From NCBI GenBank assembly GCA_051294905.1, contig CM119382.1, positions 14,570,001 through 14,634,000 of the forward strand: a stretch of DNA of 64,000 nt. The letters are read 5' to 3'. Under the pieces are notes generated by a model. It worked only from the letters and a program-made list of their open reading frames with translations, ran no database searches and had not been told where the DNA came from. Made by a program: the position numbers and the translations under genes. This DNA is from Botryllus schlosseri. Taxonomy: Eukaryota. Positions within the stretch are counted from its first letter, which is position 1, and each line of letters begins with the position of its first letter. Of this stretch, positions 61,877 to 64,000 are shown piece after piece.

Positions 61877-61924
61877 AGTTCTGATGTAGATCTCATTCAA
61901 AGTTCTGATGTAGATCTCATTCAA
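61877..61924. repeat. 24-bp perfect tandem duplication
   Basis: AGTTCTGATGTAGATCTCATTCAA x2. Confidence 0.9.
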
Positions 61925-64000
61925 AACATTTTCATTGAGATTATTCGATTTCCAATTTCTAATAAATTACATGAAAAGCTTCGCACATTTATTCTCTGCT
62001 CAAAGTCATCATCACGGATCTTACCATATACAAGCACACACAATAGCAATTTAAGCTTTAATCCAGCACAAAAAATGCTAAAATGCTTAGATTTAAACTG
62101 TTCACCACTTTTAGCGCTGCACACATGACTACATATTTCAAATGATAGATGTAAAAGGAACAAGAACAACTTTAACTTGACATGGCACTTTTCTATCAGT
62201 GGTAACGAGTCTTTTTGGCATTCTTGACCAAACATAGCACGATGTGAACGTCATACTAGCAAAATACAGACGGAAAGATATCCAGAAATAAATCAGTAAT
62301 AGACCTATCATGATCTCGTTATGGCTACTTTTCATCAAGATAAGACTTGCCCAGAAGCATGAAGCTAATATATAAATCCCAAAATCATTGCAAAGAAATA
62401 TGACTGCCCTGAATCAGAACGTGTGCTAACTCATGGAAAGCGAATGAGTTAAAACAGGGAATACATTCCATTGGCATTAGTATGAGCAATATATGAAAAG
62501 GTGCAACCACGCATACACTGCCAGCTACAAATGCTCAAGAAGCTTAAGACCCAAGATAGACAATGGAGTTGGCAAACAAGGCTGCCAGAAAACTAGGCAG
62601 CAAACAAAAGAAGAAAGCATATTATGTTTCACCATGATATTCAAAAGCCAACACATTCGTGGCTAAAATTGCCTACCATCTTACCAGGACAAATAACACT
62701 ACAACTGCGCAAGCAACTGTGTTTCTATCTAAAATTTCCCCAGTCTCTACGGAAAATGTGTTATTCCAACGAAACCTTGACATTAGCAATTGAAAAAACT
62801 ACATGTAAACATCCTTCTGACATATGTAAGGTAGGTTATGATAAAATATTTGTGAGAAAGCTATTCAAATACAGCAGATTGCTTGATAAAGAGATAATGA
62901 AGAGAAAGTTTAGTTTCCCACTGAAATGAAGCAAATACAAACAGCTTTCCTTGACAGGGTGTGAACTTGAACCATATATATTATGGACAGATCGCAATTA
63001 GAGAAATCTCATTCTTTCATCATTATTGTGAATCATTAGAAGACTATTATTCAGAAATACCGCCAATATTTTCTCCCACTAAAGCCATATGGAACAGTGT
63101 TATTGGGAATTAATTGAAAAATTGCTACAGCACCAAAGTAGTCATTACGAATAATTACAACACCTTTTTATCTTATCATATGGCCAATATGATACGCAAT
63201 CTACCACTGGACAACAGCATCGTGTAACAAAGGGTGCAATGAACTTCAGTTGACCATGTAAATCATTCTCAAGCTTGTCTCGTACCTCATACAGTTTTGA
63301 ATTCATTGCATGCATTACAGTTATTATTACACCAATATAGTATCCTGACTTAGCCATTTCCCTACACAGCAATGAGCTGGTGCGTACTAGTTATTTTTAT
63401 ATATTTTTAAAGTCTGGTTTCAAAACCTGTAAAATTTTTCGAAATGAAGCATTAATTTTCAATATTCCCCACTTCGAGGATGAACTATATCGATTTAAAC
63501 AGGGGTCAAAGAGTGCGAGCATGTGAGTACCACTTGAAAATCGTTTCAAGTATAAGGAAATTGAGAAGCTGCAGTACAATAATCTTATTTTTACAAGATC
63601 AATCCATTGAAATACTGGTGTGGTGAAACACAATTAGGCCAGCTGTATATTTCAGTAATCACCTACCATAGCATAAAAGGTCAACAATAATATCTTTATT
63701 TTTCCGAGGGATGCGGATAAATTTACAAACTTTCAACAAATTTATTGCGGATTTAGCATCAATGATAAGAATGTATGGCATTTCAACCATGCTTGAAGTT
63801 CTGTTTAACCACAATAAAACAATGAGTGCTTGTACTAAACAAGCGGTCAGTACGATCCATTCAAATAGGATTTACTGCAACACAGCTCGAAATTAAAGGT
63901 ACTAGATAGTTTAACAAGCGCAGCTCACTGGTGAACACTTGGTATGGTAGTGTCGTACAAAAAGTAGCAATGAATCAGTATCTTATACTGACAAGAATCC

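Overview
AT-rich animal genomic DNA with short (about 60-68 bp) and long introns and many MITEs; plausibly an ascidian or other invertebrate deuterostome (inference only). Most of the window (18970-60656, minus strand) is one ARHGAP21/23-like RhoGAP gene. I rebuilt it by hand as 29 phase-consistent coding exons (6261 nt, 2086 aa; PH + RhoGAP domains, no PDZ seen in the window). Also on the minus strand: an intronless-CDS RNF10 (2176-4149), a compact ACT1/TRAF3IP2-like SEFIR protein (13054-13716), an unidentified spliced gene running off the left edge, and a candidate small spliced orphan ORF (17144-18046). A few plus-strand coiled-coil exons lie at 7.9-8.25 kb. Introns and intergenic DNA carry hAT-type MITEs (8-bp TSDs, some nested), a CACTA-like MITE, an internally deleted pogo-like transposon, a foldback element and a LINE 3' remnant. 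The most interesting signal is a dispersed repeat of about 350 nt (7 copies, all in RhoGAP introns). It carries a type-I minimal hammerhead ribozyme motif with a palindromic stem III and a predicted pseudoknot, and includes an inverted-plus-tandem cluster typical of Penelope-like elements or retrozymes.
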